From NCBI GenBank assembly GCA_963662285.2, contig CAXXMV010000006.1, positions 1,568,001 through 1,632,000 of the forward strand: a stretch of 64,000 bases of DNA, in the 5' to 3' direction. This DNA comes from a bacterium (GTDB lineage Bacteria; Hinthialibacterota; Hinthialibacteria; Hinthialibacterales; Hinthialibacteraceae). Below the pieces are notes generated by a model. That model was not told the origin of the DNA and ran no database searches. It saw only the letters and a program-made list of their open reading frames with translations. The position numbers and the translations under genes are program-made. Positions 39,390 to 49,309 of the stretch are shown in pieces. Each line of letters opens with the position of its first letter. Position 1 is the stretch's first letter.

Positions 39390-39480
39390 ACAAAAAGCGA
39401 AGTTTTTCGCTTTTTGTTGTTGACAACCAGATTTTATAATGATATATCTAATAGCGAAAGTATTCGCTTTTAGATATATC
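39390..39480 (+). promoter_or_regulatory. Promoter (TTGACA at 39420) bracketed by two AGCGAA-N4-TTCGCT palindromes; probable BlaI-type operators
   Basis: Palindrome cores at 39396-39411 and 39453-39468, just upstream of the BlaI-family gene. Confidence 0.7.
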
Positions 39481-39499
39481 AGCATTAAGGAGGCTGAAA

Positions 39500-39904
39500 G
39501 TGGGACGGAAAAAACGCCAGGTTCTTACAGAACTTGAATTAGAAATAATGCAGCTGGTTTGGCGGCATCCAGAAATTACGGTTGAAAAATTGCAGAAAGA
39601 ATTAGACAAGAATGATCGCCATCTTGCGTTGCCAAGCATCCGCACTATGTTGGATATTTTAATGGAAAAAGGTTATCTCACCCGGACTAAGCAGGGACGC
39701 GGTTATAGATACTGCGCCGCCATCTCGGCGGATGATGCGCAACGCAGTTTCTTAAAGGATATGTTGCAGCGCGTTTTTGATAACTCATCCTTGGGATTGG
39801 TTGCTTCGTTACTCAATAACAAGATGATACCTGAAAAGGATTTAGAACAGGTCAAAAAATTAATCAGCAACTACGAAAGGAAAGACCAAGATGATGATAA
39901 CTAA
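39500..39904 (+). CDS. BlaI/MecI/CopY family transcriptional repressor
   Basis: LTELELEIMQLVW, TMLDILMEKGYL, FDNS..LV. Confidence 0.92.
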   Translation: MGRKKRQVLTELELEIMQLVWRHPEITVEKLQKELDKNDRHLALPSIRTMLDILMEKGYLTRTKQGRGYRYCAAISADDAQRSFLKDMLQRVFDNSSLGLVASLLNNKMIPEKDLEQVKKLISNYERKDQDDDN

Positions 39905-42900
39905 TATACTGGAACTTCTCGATCAAACCGGATACCAAGCCTTCAGCATTCTGCTTGGTTTCACCTGGCAAATGACAGTCTTGATCGCAGCTGCCATTGT
40001 ACTTACATTCGTATTACGTAATCACCGCGCTTCGATCCGCCGCGTAATCTGGATCAGCGCTATTTTGTTGATTCCATTTCTGCCTTTGTTATCCACCCTG
40101 GTTTCAAACGTTGGCATACCCCAAACTCCTGTTGTAACCGTACAGTCCTACAATATGGCGGCTCCTGCTTCAATAACTGAAACTATAGAAGAAACAATGG
40201 TGGATTTACATGAGAAAGAAGCGTCCGGCGCTGTTTCTACGAATATAGTTACAGGTCAAAAAACGCAGCCTTTTTCCATGCTGGATTATCCCTGGGCTTT
40301 GGGATTCATGGCATACATTTTGGGCAGTATGGGGTTCTTGGCGTTGGCAGTACTGGGGCATATCCGCATTGCACGATGGATTTATTCCGCAGTTCCAACC
40401 ACTGATGTAAAATTAAAACTCCATGTGGAAGAGGCCAAAAGCCTGATGGGCATAAGCCGGAAATGTACCGTGCTGGAGAGCGATTGCGTCTCCTCGCCTA
40501 TTGTGGTGGGAGTGTTCCTGCCCCAGATTATTTTTCCACGCCAATTGATAACTGCGCTTTCCACAGATGAAATCCGCTCCATACTGCATCATGAAATGGC
40601 GCATATCAAACGCAATGATCCCGCTATCCTGTCGTGCGTCTCCCTCTTCAGCGTCTTCTTCTATTTCCATCCCCTGTTTTGGTACGCTTATAGGCGGATA
40701 TCGTCATTATCCGAACAGGCGGCGGATGATATGGTGTTGGATCTGGAGAACCAGCCCCTGGGATACGCAAAACTTTTATCCCGGCTTGCTGAAGATAATT
40801 CTCCCGGAAAACTCTCAACCAATTTCGTAACCGGATTCTGCTTATCCCAGCATGTATTCATCAAACGGATCGAAGCCATCCTTTCAAGACAACGTTCTAA
40901 GATGCGGAAACTAACCGGGGCGGCCCTGTCAGCTATCCTCATATCAATGATGGCCGCCATAATGTTCGTAGTGATATTCCCCTCACACCAGGAACTGGCC
41001 ATAGCCCAAACCGCGCCTGCTTCAGAATCCGGGCAGGATGCGTCAAAGCAAGAAGAGCGGGTGTTGGTTTTTCCTGATAATTCTTATATGGGATATTTGA
41101 GAATTAAAAATGGAAACCAATTTTCTCATGGGGCAGCAACGGGGAAAGTTATAGTTTCTGCTAGTGCAATTGTTACACTGGAAATTGAAGATCCTCTCAA
41201 TCCAAAAGAAGAAGATTTACAGTTGTTATTAACCTCTTTAAAATCATTGAAACATGATGATCTTCATACTATCCGCATAGAAACGAAACTGTTTTCAGAA
41301 GAAGATTTACAATATATAGAGGGTCTTACTTCTCTTCGCAGTTTAAGTGTTAATCAAAGGGGAAGGCATCCTCTGTCGATTAACGGATCAGGTTTAAAGT
41401 ATCTCAAAGGGATGAAATCACTGACTAAGTTTGAATGGAAAAATTTTAAAATCAACGATGAAGCCTTGATCTATTTGAAACCGTTAAAATCGTTAGAGAT
41501 TTTATCATTTTATGGCACTCCGGTTGGGGATGAAGGAATCAAGCATATCGCTTCATTGGAAAATCTGAGCGATATCAATTTGCTGAATACCAATGTAACT
41601 GATATAGGTTTGTCTTATCTTGGGAAATTAAAAAAACTGAAGCGATTATCGCTGCCTGCAACGACAACCGCTCGAGGGCTGTCATACCTGTCGGGTATGG
41701 AGCAGTTGGAATATCTACAACTCAATACAAGGTTGCAAGATGCTGGACTCTCGCATCTATCAAACTTACCGAAACTGAAGACGCTAATACTTACTGATAA
41801 CACCTTGGTTAGTGATAAAGGACTTGAGAATTTAAGTGAATTTACTTCTCTGGAATCGATTGACATAAATTCTGATAATATAACAGGCGAATGTTTAAAA
41901 CACTTGCAATCGCTTCCAGCGTTAAAAAGAGTGGACCTTGATTTAAGTATGATGAATGATGAAGGCATGAAATATCTTAGAGGCCTTCCAATTAATCGAT
42001 TACACCTGTCGAATTCAGATATTACTGATCAGGGATTGGCGTCCGTTAATGAAATCTATTCATTGGTGGGAATTGTATTAGATAATACAGCGATTACAGA
42101 TGATGGGTTGAAATATCTTTCTGGTTTACTAGATATACAATATATATCCCTGGATAATACAAAAATTACCGACAAAGGATTGGTATATCTTACGGATCTG
42201 TATCGGCTGGGAGAACTTGGTGTATCTGGAACGGAAGTGTCTGATAAAGGTTTAGAATATTTTAAGGATTTTCAAACTATCAGGAGTCTTGATTTAGGAA
42301 ACACGAAAATCACTGATGAAGGATTAGCGCATATAACGGAATTTCCAAGATTGCATCAATTAACATTGTCACAAACAAAAATCAGTGATAAAAGTTTTGT
42401 TCACCTCAAGAAAATGAAATCATTGAATTATCTGTCAGTCGAAGATACAGAAATGAGTTACAGACGCGTAGAGCGTCTTAGGCCATATCTCCCATATTGT
42501 CGTATATACAGTAACGCCAAGAAAAATCCACCTACAAAAAAGTCATCCGCCCAACCCGACGCAATTGCGCCGGAAATAGAAATTGGGGAATTCATGCAAG
42601 CCTCTCATACAGCCATGGCCAGTTGGGAGGCGCTGCAAGGGAAAGTGGTGGTTTTTGTTTTCTGGGCGACCTGGAATAGCGCCAGCGTGGAAGCCATACC
42701 TCACATTAATGACCTGGCCGAAAAGATGGCTGACAAGCCGGTTCAGTTTATTATGGTGGCATTGGAAAATGAAAGTTATAAAAAAGTAGAGATAATTAAG
42801 GACTTTTTGGAAAAAAACAAAGTCATCCCCTGGGTTGCGCTCGATTCGGATCGAATCATGTATGATCAATACGTAGAAATGTCAGGGGTATCCGGTCTTC

Positions 42901-42998
42901 CGTTGATGGTGGTTGTGGATAAAGAGAGAAAAGTAATCTCGGTGTCGAGCCCCGATAAAGTTTCTGAGGAGACCATCAATAAATTGTTGGAGAAATAA
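39891..42998 (+). CDS. BlaR1/M56 peptidase fused to leucine-rich repeats and a TlpA-like thioredoxin domain lacking CxxC
   Basis: HEMAHIKRND, FHPLFW and EQAADD (M56); L..T.ITD.GL repeats; GKVVVFVFWATWNSAS. Confidence 0.9.
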   Translation: MMITNILELLDQTGYQAFSILLGFTWQMTVLIAAAIVLTFVLRNHRASIRRVIWISAILLIPFLPLLSTLVSNVGIPQTPVVTVQSYNMAAPASITETIEETMVDLHEKEASGAVSTNIVTGQKTQPFSMLDYPWALGFMAYILGSMGFLALAVLGHIRIARWIYSAVPTTDVKLKLHVEEAKSLMGISRKCTVLESDCVSSPIVVGVFLPQIIFPRQLITALSTDEIRSILHHEMAHIKRNDPAILSCVSLFSVFFYFHPLFWYAYRRISSLSEQAADDMVLDLENQPLGYAKLLSRLAEDNSPGKLSTNFVTGFCLSQHVFIKRIEAILSRQRSKMRKLTGAALSAILISMMAAIMFVVIFPSHQELAIAQTAPASESGQDASKQEERVLVFPDNSYMGYLRIKNGNQFSHGAATGKVIVSASAIVTLEIEDPLNPKEEDLQLLLTSLKSLKHDDLHTIRIETKLFSEEDLQYIEGLTSLRSLSVNQRGRHPLSINGSGLKYLKGMKSLTKFEWKNFKINDEALIYLKPLKSLEILSFYGTPVGDEGIKHIASLENLSDINLLNTNVTDIGLSYLGKLKKLKRLSLPATTTARGLSYLSGMEQLEYLQLNTRLQDAGLSHLSNLPKLKTLILTDNTLVSDKGLENLSEFTSLESIDINSDNITGECLKHLQSLPALKRVDLDLSMMNDEGMKYLRGLPINRLHLSNSDITDQGLASVNEIYSLVGIVLDNTAITDDGLKYLSGLLDIQYISLDNTKITDKGLVYLTDLYRLGELGVSGTEVSDKGLEYFKDFQTIRSLDLGNTKITDEGLAHITEFPRLHQLTLSQTKISDKSFVHLKKMKSLNYLSVEDTEMSYRRVERLRPYLPYCRIYSNAKKNPPTKKSSAQPDAIAPEIEIGEFMQASHTAMASWEALQGKVVVFVFWATWNSASVEAIPHINDLAEKMADKPVQFIMVALENESYKKVEIIKDFLEKNKVIPWVALDSDRIMYDQYVEMSGVSGLPLMVVVDKERKVISVSSPDKVSEETINKLLEK

Positions 42999-43015
42999 AC
43001 TGAATAATTATTTTT

Positions 43016-43107
43016 GTAGGGTGAGCTAAAAGCCGCGAAGCGGCGTAGCCCACCTTAGCCATCTATGTATCATGGTGGGCTACGCTGGCGCTTTTAGCCC
43101 ACCCTAC
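43016..43107. repeat. GTAG-family REP doublet (REPIN-like), copy 2, inverted relative to copy 1
   Basis: Reverse complement aligns with 37768-37860; lies between convergent genes. Confidence 0.85.
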
Positions 43108-43130
43108 TTCAAAATCCTGATCAAAATCCC

Positions 43131-44138
43131 TTAAAAATCCTCGAATGGCGAGAAGAGTACGCTGACCGATTCGCCGTTATGGATGCGGCGGATGGCTTTG
43201 GCGAATAACTTTCCAACCGATAGTACTTTTATTTTTTCATTTAATTTGTCACCCTCAACCGGGATGGTGTTGGTAACAACCAACTCGCTGATGCAGGAAT
43301 TTTTGATACGCTCGACCGCATCGCCGCATAGCACCGGATGAATGACTCCAGCGCGAATATCGGTGATGCCTTGATCCTTGAGAATCTCAGCGGCGGTTAT
43401 TAATGATCCGGCGGTTGAAACTTCGTCATCAAAAATGATAGCTCGTTTGCCTTTGACGTCACCGATAATGCGTTTGGCGACAGCCTTGTCGTCGTTGCCC
43501 ACCCGGCGTTTATCTACGATAGCCAGGGGAAGATTGAGCAGGCGGGCGTATTTTTCCGCGCGTTTGGCGCTGCCCGCGTCAGGCGCGATTACGACGGTAT
43601 CTTCTAAATCGGTGGATTTGAAATAATCAATTATTACGGGAGTAGCGAGGAGATGGTCAGCGGGGATGCGAAAGAAACCCTGAACCTGAAATGAGTGCAG
43701 GTTCATGACAAGCGCCCGGTCGGCGCCTGCAATTTCGATCAAATCCACCATGAGCCGTGCGGCGATGGAGATGCGCGGCTGGTCTTTTTTGTCTGAACGT
43801 ACATAGGGAAAGTAGGGCATTACTGCTGTGATTCGCGCAGCCGATGCATGTTTCAGCGCATCAATCATAAGCAGCATTTCTATAATACGGGTGTGTACCG
43901 GAGAATCAGAGGTCTGAATCACAAAGACGTCGCACTCACGAACGTTTTCGCCGATTTTGGCAAATAGGTTTTCGTTCTTGAACTCTATAATCTCTGATTT
44001 TCCCAGGGGAATATCCAGGTGTCCACATATTTCCTCAGCCAGGGGGAGATTGGAAAGCCCTGAAAAAACTTTTAACGCCCTTCCGTTATTCTGCACGTTT
44101 AATTTCCTCTCTGTTGGTGTACTTCCATTTGACGGCAT
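43131..44138 (-). CDS. prs: Ribose-phosphate pyrophosphokinase
   Basis: PYFPYVRSDKK, APDAGS, VDKRR, DDEVSTAGS, VVTNTI. Confidence 0.96.
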   Translation of the reverse strand: MPSNGSTPTERKLNVQNNGRALKVFSGLSNLPLAEEICGHLDIPLGKSEIIEFKNENLFAKIGENVRECDVFVIQTSDSPVHTRIIEMLLMIDALKHASAARITAVMPYFPYVRSDKKDQPRISIAARLMVDLIEIAGADRALVMNLHSFQVQGFFRIPADHLLATPVIIDYFKSTDLEDTVVIAPDAGSAKRAEKYARLLNLPLAIVDKRRVGNDDKAVAKRIIGDVKGKRAIIFDDEVSTAGSLITAAEILKDQGITDIRAGVIHPVLCGDAVERIKNSCISELVVTNTIPVEGDKLNEKIKVLSVGKLFAKAIRRIHNGESVSVLFSPFEDF

Positions 44139-44248
44139 GTATTTTACTCAGCATCACATAGATTTCCAGCAAAACAAGATTCCAGCAAAAGCGAATCAAG
44201 GATCAATGATCAGTTTTCAATATTGTTTGCATGGATTGAACCATATTA

Positions 44249-45436
44249 TTAATGTTCTTGCAGTTTTTCAAAAGCCGCACGGGCCACAATTAATTCTTCG
44301 TTAGTTGGAACAACCCATACAGAGGTGGAATCATTTGGTTTAGAGATATCTATTTCCTTAGCGCAGCATGAATTATTCTTCTCAAAGTCTATCTGGATGC
44401 CTAGATGTTCCAATCCCTGGCAGATTTCCTGACGAACCCGGGGGCCTCTTTCTCCAATTCCCCCAGCGAAGGCCACTACATCCGGTATTCCCATAACCGC
44501 GATATATGAACCGATGTATTTTTTGACATGATAACAGAATGATTTGAAGGCCAATTCGGCTTCGGCTGAGCCTTGATCAATGGCGTTTTCTATATCGCGC
44601 ATATCTTCCAAACCGCCGGAGAGTCCTTTTAGACCGCTCTCTTTAGTCAGCATTTTTACCATATCGTCTATCGAATAACCTTCTTCTCTCATGAGAAAGA
44701 GCACTACGAAGGGATCAAGGTCTCCGATGCGAGAAGCATGGAAAACGCCGGTCTGAGGGGTGAATCCCATTGAGGTGTCAATCGATTTTCCACCGGAGAT
44801 GGCGCAGATAGAAGAACTGCCTCCCAGGTGGCATGATATTATGTTAAGCCCCTCTTTGGACTTATTAATAAGTTGAGGAACGCGTTCTGAAACATAGCGG
44901 TGAGACGCCCCGTGGAAGCCATAGCGTTGAATCGCGTGTTTTTCGCGCCATTCTTTGGGGATAGGATAGACGCGGGCGTAATCTGGAACCGTAAGATGAA
45001 AGGCAGGTTCAAATAATCCGATCAGAGGCGTATCGGGCAGCAGTTCGTGGAATAGTTTAATGGCTTTGATGTATGGCGGGTTATGAGCGGGCGCCAGAAA
45101 TACATAATCATCCATGGCTTGCAGGACATCATCAGTGAGCATCTCGCATCCGACGCATCCTTTAGCGATGACGGTCTTGAAGGCGATGCAGTCTAATTGG
45201 TCAAGATTATCGATCACGCCTTCCTGCAACTGTTCTAGAATGAATTCAATAGCTTTTTTATGGCTGGAAAATGATTGTTGCATCTCTCCGGCGTTGCCGT
45301 TATGATCCCATGAGGCGGAACCAGTATCCTCTCCGATTCGTTCTACCCGACCAGTAGCCAGAAGACGTTCTTCGGGGAATTCGTATAGCCGGTATTTCAG
45401 GGAAGTGCTGCCGACATTGGTGACGAGAATGCGCAT
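44249..45436 (-). CDS. ackA: Acetate/propionate kinase family protein, variant active site
   Basis: NVGSTSLKY, APAHNP, RYGFHGASH, CHLGG, F.GGIGE, PTNEE; true start likely ATG 45436 (MRILV). Confidence 0.88.
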   Translation of the reverse strand: MRILVTNVGSTSLKYRLYEFPEERLLATGRVERIGEDTGSASWDHNGNAGEMQQSFSSHKKAIEFILEQLQEGVIDNLDQLDCIAFKTVIAKGCVGCEMLTDDVLQAMDDYVFLAPAHNPPYIKAIKLFHELLPDTPLIGLFEPAFHLTVPDYARVYPIPKEWREKHAIQRYGFHGASHRYVSERVPQLINKSKEGLNIISCHLGGSSSICAISGGKSIDTSMGFTPQTGVFHASRIGDLDPFVVLFLMREEGYSIDDMVKMLTKESGLKGLSGGLEDMRDIENAIDQGSAEAELAFKSFCYHVKKYIGSYIAVMGIPDVVAFAGGIGERGPRVRQEICQGLEHLGIQIDFEKNNSCCAKEIDISKPNDSTSVWVVPTNEELIVARAAFEKLQEH

Positions 45437-45596
45437 GAAAAAAACTCCAATAAAAAATACAAGGCTTGGTTGATGAGTGTTGATCAATTGTTCGGCGCAA
45501 CTAGGATATAGGAGCGCGCCTGACAATCGCTCGATTATTTATTTTAACATGATATATGACATTGGTCACGATGAGTGCGGATAGAATAGTAAAATT

Positions 45597-46064
45597 ATGC
45601 ATGCAAACAATTCAAATAGTCATGATGATGCACCATCCGGCGTATCGATTCTACGTTCACCTATTGCAATCGGGGCGGCGATTGTCGGATTGGTGGATGC
45701 TTTTGTGTGGGGGCTTAAATATGAAGTGGAGAGGATCGCACAGAGTAATCCACTGGGTACTTATGAACTTAGCTATTATCTCGGACTTACCTCAAATGCG
45801 CTGCTGGCCTTGTTTTTAGTATTAACTTCCGCAGTTATATTGTGTAATGGATACAAGAAAATGCAGTGGTCTTCACTTGAGCAAAATATCTTCTATTTAG
45901 GATTGCTTCTCGGGATTGTATATTTAATGAGCGGTTTCGAGTATCTGTTCTGGATGGATTGGCAATATATTAATCCCGTTCCGTTTATTATGGTCAAGAG
46001 CGCATTTATTGGATTGGCGGTAGTTTTTCTTATCAGAATGCTGAAAATTCCCTGGCTGAAGTAG
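45597..46064 (+). CDS. Hypothetical 4-TM membrane protein
   Basis: 155-aa ORF with four hydrophobic segments. Confidence 0.65.
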   Translation: MHANNSNSHDDAPSGVSILRSPIAIGAAIVGLVDAFVWGLKYEVERIAQSNPLGTYELSYYLGLTSNALLALFLVLTSAVILCNGYKKMQWSSLEQNIFYLGLLLGIVYLMSGFEYLFWMDWQYINPVPFIMVKSAFIGLAVVFLIRMLKIPWLK

Positions 46065-46278
46065 TGTTGAAGCGTAATCGCTCAAAATAGTCTTCCTCAC
46101 TTTCCAATATCAACTTTATCAAAAATATCTAAAATCTTCAGATATCATCTGTTATCACACAAAACACACACAATCAATTGAATTGCTTAAAAATGAATAA
46201 TTATATTGACAACTCGATTGTTATTATGAAAGAATATTACTAGCCATAATATTTTCATTATTTTTTGGGAGGTTTAGT

Positions 46279-47703
46279 ATGTGTAGAAAATGGTTTGCAA
46301 CAGTTTTATGCGTATCGTTATTCTTTTTTTGCGGTGGTTTTGCCGGAGCAGATGTAGTCGGGTATTTCACCTTTGATAACATAAAGGGTGATTCATTCAG
46401 CGATGTATCCGGCAACGGTCTGATCGGTACTCTAGGTCTGGCCGCAGGTGCAGGCGCTCCTGCATCGGTTCCGGGACCATCCGGCGCAGACGGCGATACA
46501 GCGGTGGAGATACCGCGCGGCGAAGGAATGGTGGTCGATGACAGCAGTTTTATGTTATTTGAATTCTATGCGCCGCGTACTATAGAAATGTGGGTTAAAT
46601 CGGCTGGTTTTGAGTTCACCGAATCTTTTGCCGCATTAGTAAGTTATGGCATTGGAAGTGGTTATCGCGTTCAGCTGGCAAATACCGGGAACATCGTTTA
46701 CTCATTACCAGGGGCGCAGGATTACGATAGCGGCGTTCAATTTCCATTTGATGATCAATGGCATCATCTGGCGGTAGTTGATGATTACGATAGCAACGAA
46801 GTCCGGATCTATCTTGATGGAGAAGTGGTTTTTTCCGTTACGGATATTGCCGACAATATCTTTGCTGATACTCCGGTGCTCTTTATCGGACGCACCGGCA
46901 CCACTCCGAATTACATCGCTTTCGAAGGATCCATAGATCGACTGCGCATCTCGGATGCAGTACTTTCGGTTGATGAATTAGATAAAGATGCCGCATCACC
47001 CAAGCCGACTACGGATAATACTCTGGCTTTGTTTGATTTTAACGAAGGAGCCGTCCCGTATGTCAGTCAAGGCGCTGAAACCACCATTGCGGTTACATTG
47101 AAAGATTATACATCCGGAAACGCTGGCGCTCCTGAAGTAGTAGCCGATTCACCATCGGGCGGGGCCAATGATTTCAGTCTTTATTTCGAGGGTGGAGCTC
47201 AAGCGAGCGTGGCTGATCCCAATAGAATTATGGATGTTGGCGGCCCTGGTAATGATTGGACTTTTGAGTCATGGGTCAAATATCCTGACGGCAATTTTTC
47301 GGGTCGGCAAGTTATCGTATATTACGGTCCTGGAGGCATTTCCTTCTCACTATCAGGAACCAATCCGAGAATGGTTTTCGTTACTACTCTGCGTATCGCT
47401 GATTTCAGTTCCACATCAGCTGTTGTGACGCCGGATGAATGGCATCATGTGGCTTGCGTCCATAAGGATGGAGTATCTCTATCTTTCTTTGTAGACGGAG
47501 AATTGATTGAAGAAGACGCCTATACCAGTGGATCAAGATTGACCGATGTACCAAGTTTGCACATCGGCAGCGAACCCAACGGTGTGCTTCCCTTAAACGG
47601 TTGGCTGGATCGTATTCGCATCAGCAACGAAGCATTGACTGCTGATCAACTCGATTCTAATGCCACTCAACCAACCAACGTTTATGATTGGTCGCTCTAT
47701 TAA
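46279..47703 (+). CDS. Secreted protein with two LamG-like (concanavalin A-like) domains; C-terminal TNVYDWSLY motif
   Basis: Signal peptide, GGAGG RBS; two copies of T.E.WVK...WHH.A.V...[YF].DGE...G..DR.RIS..L. Confidence 0.9.
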   Translation: MCRKWFATVLCVSLFFFCGGFAGADVVGYFTFDNIKGDSFSDVSGNGLIGTLGLAAGAGAPASVPGPSGADGDTAVEIPRGEGMVVDDSSFMLFEFYAPRTIEMWVKSAGFEFTESFAALVSYGIGSGYRVQLANTGNIVYSLPGAQDYDSGVQFPFDDQWHHLAVVDDYDSNEVRIYLDGEVVFSVTDIADNIFADTPVLFIGRTGTTPNYIAFEGSIDRLRISDAVLSVDELDKDAASPKPTTDNTLALFDFNEGAVPYVSQGAETTIAVTLKDYTSGNAGAPEVVADSPSGGANDFSLYFEGGAQASVADPNRIMDVGGPGNDWTFESWVKYPDGNFSGRQVIVYYGPGGISFSLSGTNPRMVFVTTLRIADFSSTSAVVTPDEWHHVACVHKDGVSLSFFVDGELIEEDAYTSGSRLTDVPSLHIGSEPNGVLPLNGWLDRIRISNEALTADQLDSNATQPTNVYDWSLY

Positions 47704-47734
47704 TAGTGTTGTAATTTATATTGAAATATGTTAC

Positions 47735-47773
47735 AAAAGGATGGGGCTTGTATAATTGCTCCATCCTTTTTTT
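47735..47773 (+). terminator. Intrinsic terminator
   Basis: AAAAGGATGGGGC-N10-GCTCCATCC followed by a T run. Confidence 0.8.
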
Positions 47774-47847
47774 GTGAGTAAAACAATTCTTGCATGATTT
47801 GGGCGGTAGTTCCCGTTTCGCAGATTTTACCTAAAGGAGATTTTATT

Positions 47848-49047
47848 ATGGATAGTGAGCATCCAACCAGTATAGCCCGGCGCAAATTTATTGGCGGAGC
47901 TGCCAAATCAGCGGCGGGCATCGGCGTTTTCTCTATTATAAAACCTGAGCATGCATTCTCATCAGCGGCAAATTCCAAGGTGCAGTTGGGCATTATCGGG
48001 ACCGGCGGTCGTGGAACCTTTGATGGCCGAAATCTATTCAAAACTGGCAAAGTGAAAATATATGCTTTAGCGGATTATTTTGACTTTCAAATGAAAGAAC
48101 CGGCTCATTTATTTGAGGTGGACTCAAAACAATGCTTTGACGGTATTGATGGATACAAAGAAGTGCTGGCGCTTGATGAAATTGATGCTGTGTTGCTGAC
48201 CACGGCTCCATATTTCCGACCAATACAATTTAAGGCGGCCATTGAAGCCAATAAACACGTTTTCGCCGAAAAGCCCATCGCGGTTGATCCCTGGGGATGC
48301 CATACCTTCCTGGCTGCTGGAGAGAAAGCCAAGAGAAATAACCTCACGGTTGGCGTTGGATTGCAGACGCGCGATCAACCTTATTATCAGAAACTGGCGG
48401 ACGCCATTCAGAATGGGGCTATCGGACGACCACTGGTCGGGCATTCCACCCGTATTAGCGACGATTTATGGCGGCGTGAACGTCCCGCCCACTTCACCGA
48501 ACGCGACCACCAGATACGGCATTGGTTATATTATCTGTGGGCTTCGGGAGATTTCATAAATGAAATGCATATTCATAACCTGGATGTCTTTAACTGGTTC
48601 ACGAATCTACTGCCCGTCAGCGCTTATGGCAGGGGAGGGCGCGACGTTCGTCTGGATGTGGGTGATATCTACGATAATATCGAAGTGCTCTACGAATATC
48701 CCAACGGCTTCAACCTGACCCACACCGGAACTCAAATCAGCAATGGTCTTTATAATTCTGTTAAACACATTATCGGAACGGATGGCTATTTTGATTTGAG
48801 CAAAGGTCTGGTAAGTAAAAAGGCCAAAGTTGATAAAGAAGATGGCGCCATAACCGAAGCGACAGTCATCGAAATGGAGAACTTCGTTTCCAGCGTCTTG
48901 GGCGAAAGACCTACTATAAACAACTCAGGATATGTAACTACCAGCACTTTCACCTGTATCCTGGGACGCACCGCAGCTTATGAACAACGGCGCGTCACCT
49001 GGAAGGAACTGTGGGATTCCAAACAAAAAATAGAGATGCCGGTTTAG
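47848..49047 (+). CDS. Gfo/Idh/MocA family oxidoreductase with Tat-like signal peptide
   Basis: ARRKFIG twin-Arg; IGTGGRG, HVFAEKP, EMHIHNLD; AAGGAG RBS favours ATG 47848. Confidence 0.9.
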   Translation: MDSEHPTSIARRKFIGGAAKSAAGIGVFSIIKPEHAFSSAANSKVQLGIIGTGGRGTFDGRNLFKTGKVKIYALADYFDFQMKEPAHLFEVDSKQCFDGIDGYKEVLALDEIDAVLLTTAPYFRPIQFKAAIEANKHVFAEKPIAVDPWGCHTFLAAGEKAKRNNLTVGVGLQTRDQPYYQKLADAIQNGAIGRPLVGHSTRISDDLWRRERPAHFTERDHQIRHWLYYLWASGDFINEMHIHNLDVFNWFTNLLPVSAYGRGGRDVRLDVGDIYDNIEVLYEYPNGFNLTHTGTQISNGLYNSVKHIIGTDGYFDLSKGLVSKKAKVDKEDGAITEATVIEMENFVSSVLGERPTINNSGYVTTSTFTCILGRTAAYEQRRVTWKELWDSKQKIEMPV

Positions 49048-49080
49048 TTATCTCTTTGCTTGATAGTATAAATATATAAG

Positions 49081-49127
49081 AAAAAGCGCTGTTTATATCA
49101 GTATGCCTGGTATAAACAGCGTTTTTT
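49081..49127 (+). terminator. Long hairpin, probable intrinsic terminator
   Basis: AAAAAGCGCTGTTTATATCAG-N5-CTGGTATAAACAGCGTTTTTT. Confidence 0.8.
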
Positions 49128-49309
49128 AGTCTTAAGAGGTTTACTATTATTTATATAATGACGAAAGTATGATTTATTGATATTATTATAGCGACTTGAT
49201 AATATCATATTATATGATTTATAAGAGTAAAGTTACTTTACTTGACGTCTGTCATCTGTGATTTTACAATTACTTCTGTCTTTGGATAGATACAATCAAG
49301 AATGATGAG

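Noticed and set aside
37768-43107. Repeats as a possible CRISPR array
   Set aside because: Only inverted doublets about 5 kb apart; no regularly spaced direct repeats with unique spacers, and no cas genes.
45437-45526. N-terminal 30-aa extension of ackA in the ORF track
   Set aside because: Family alignment starts at MRILVTN (45436), which has a GGAG RBS just upstream.
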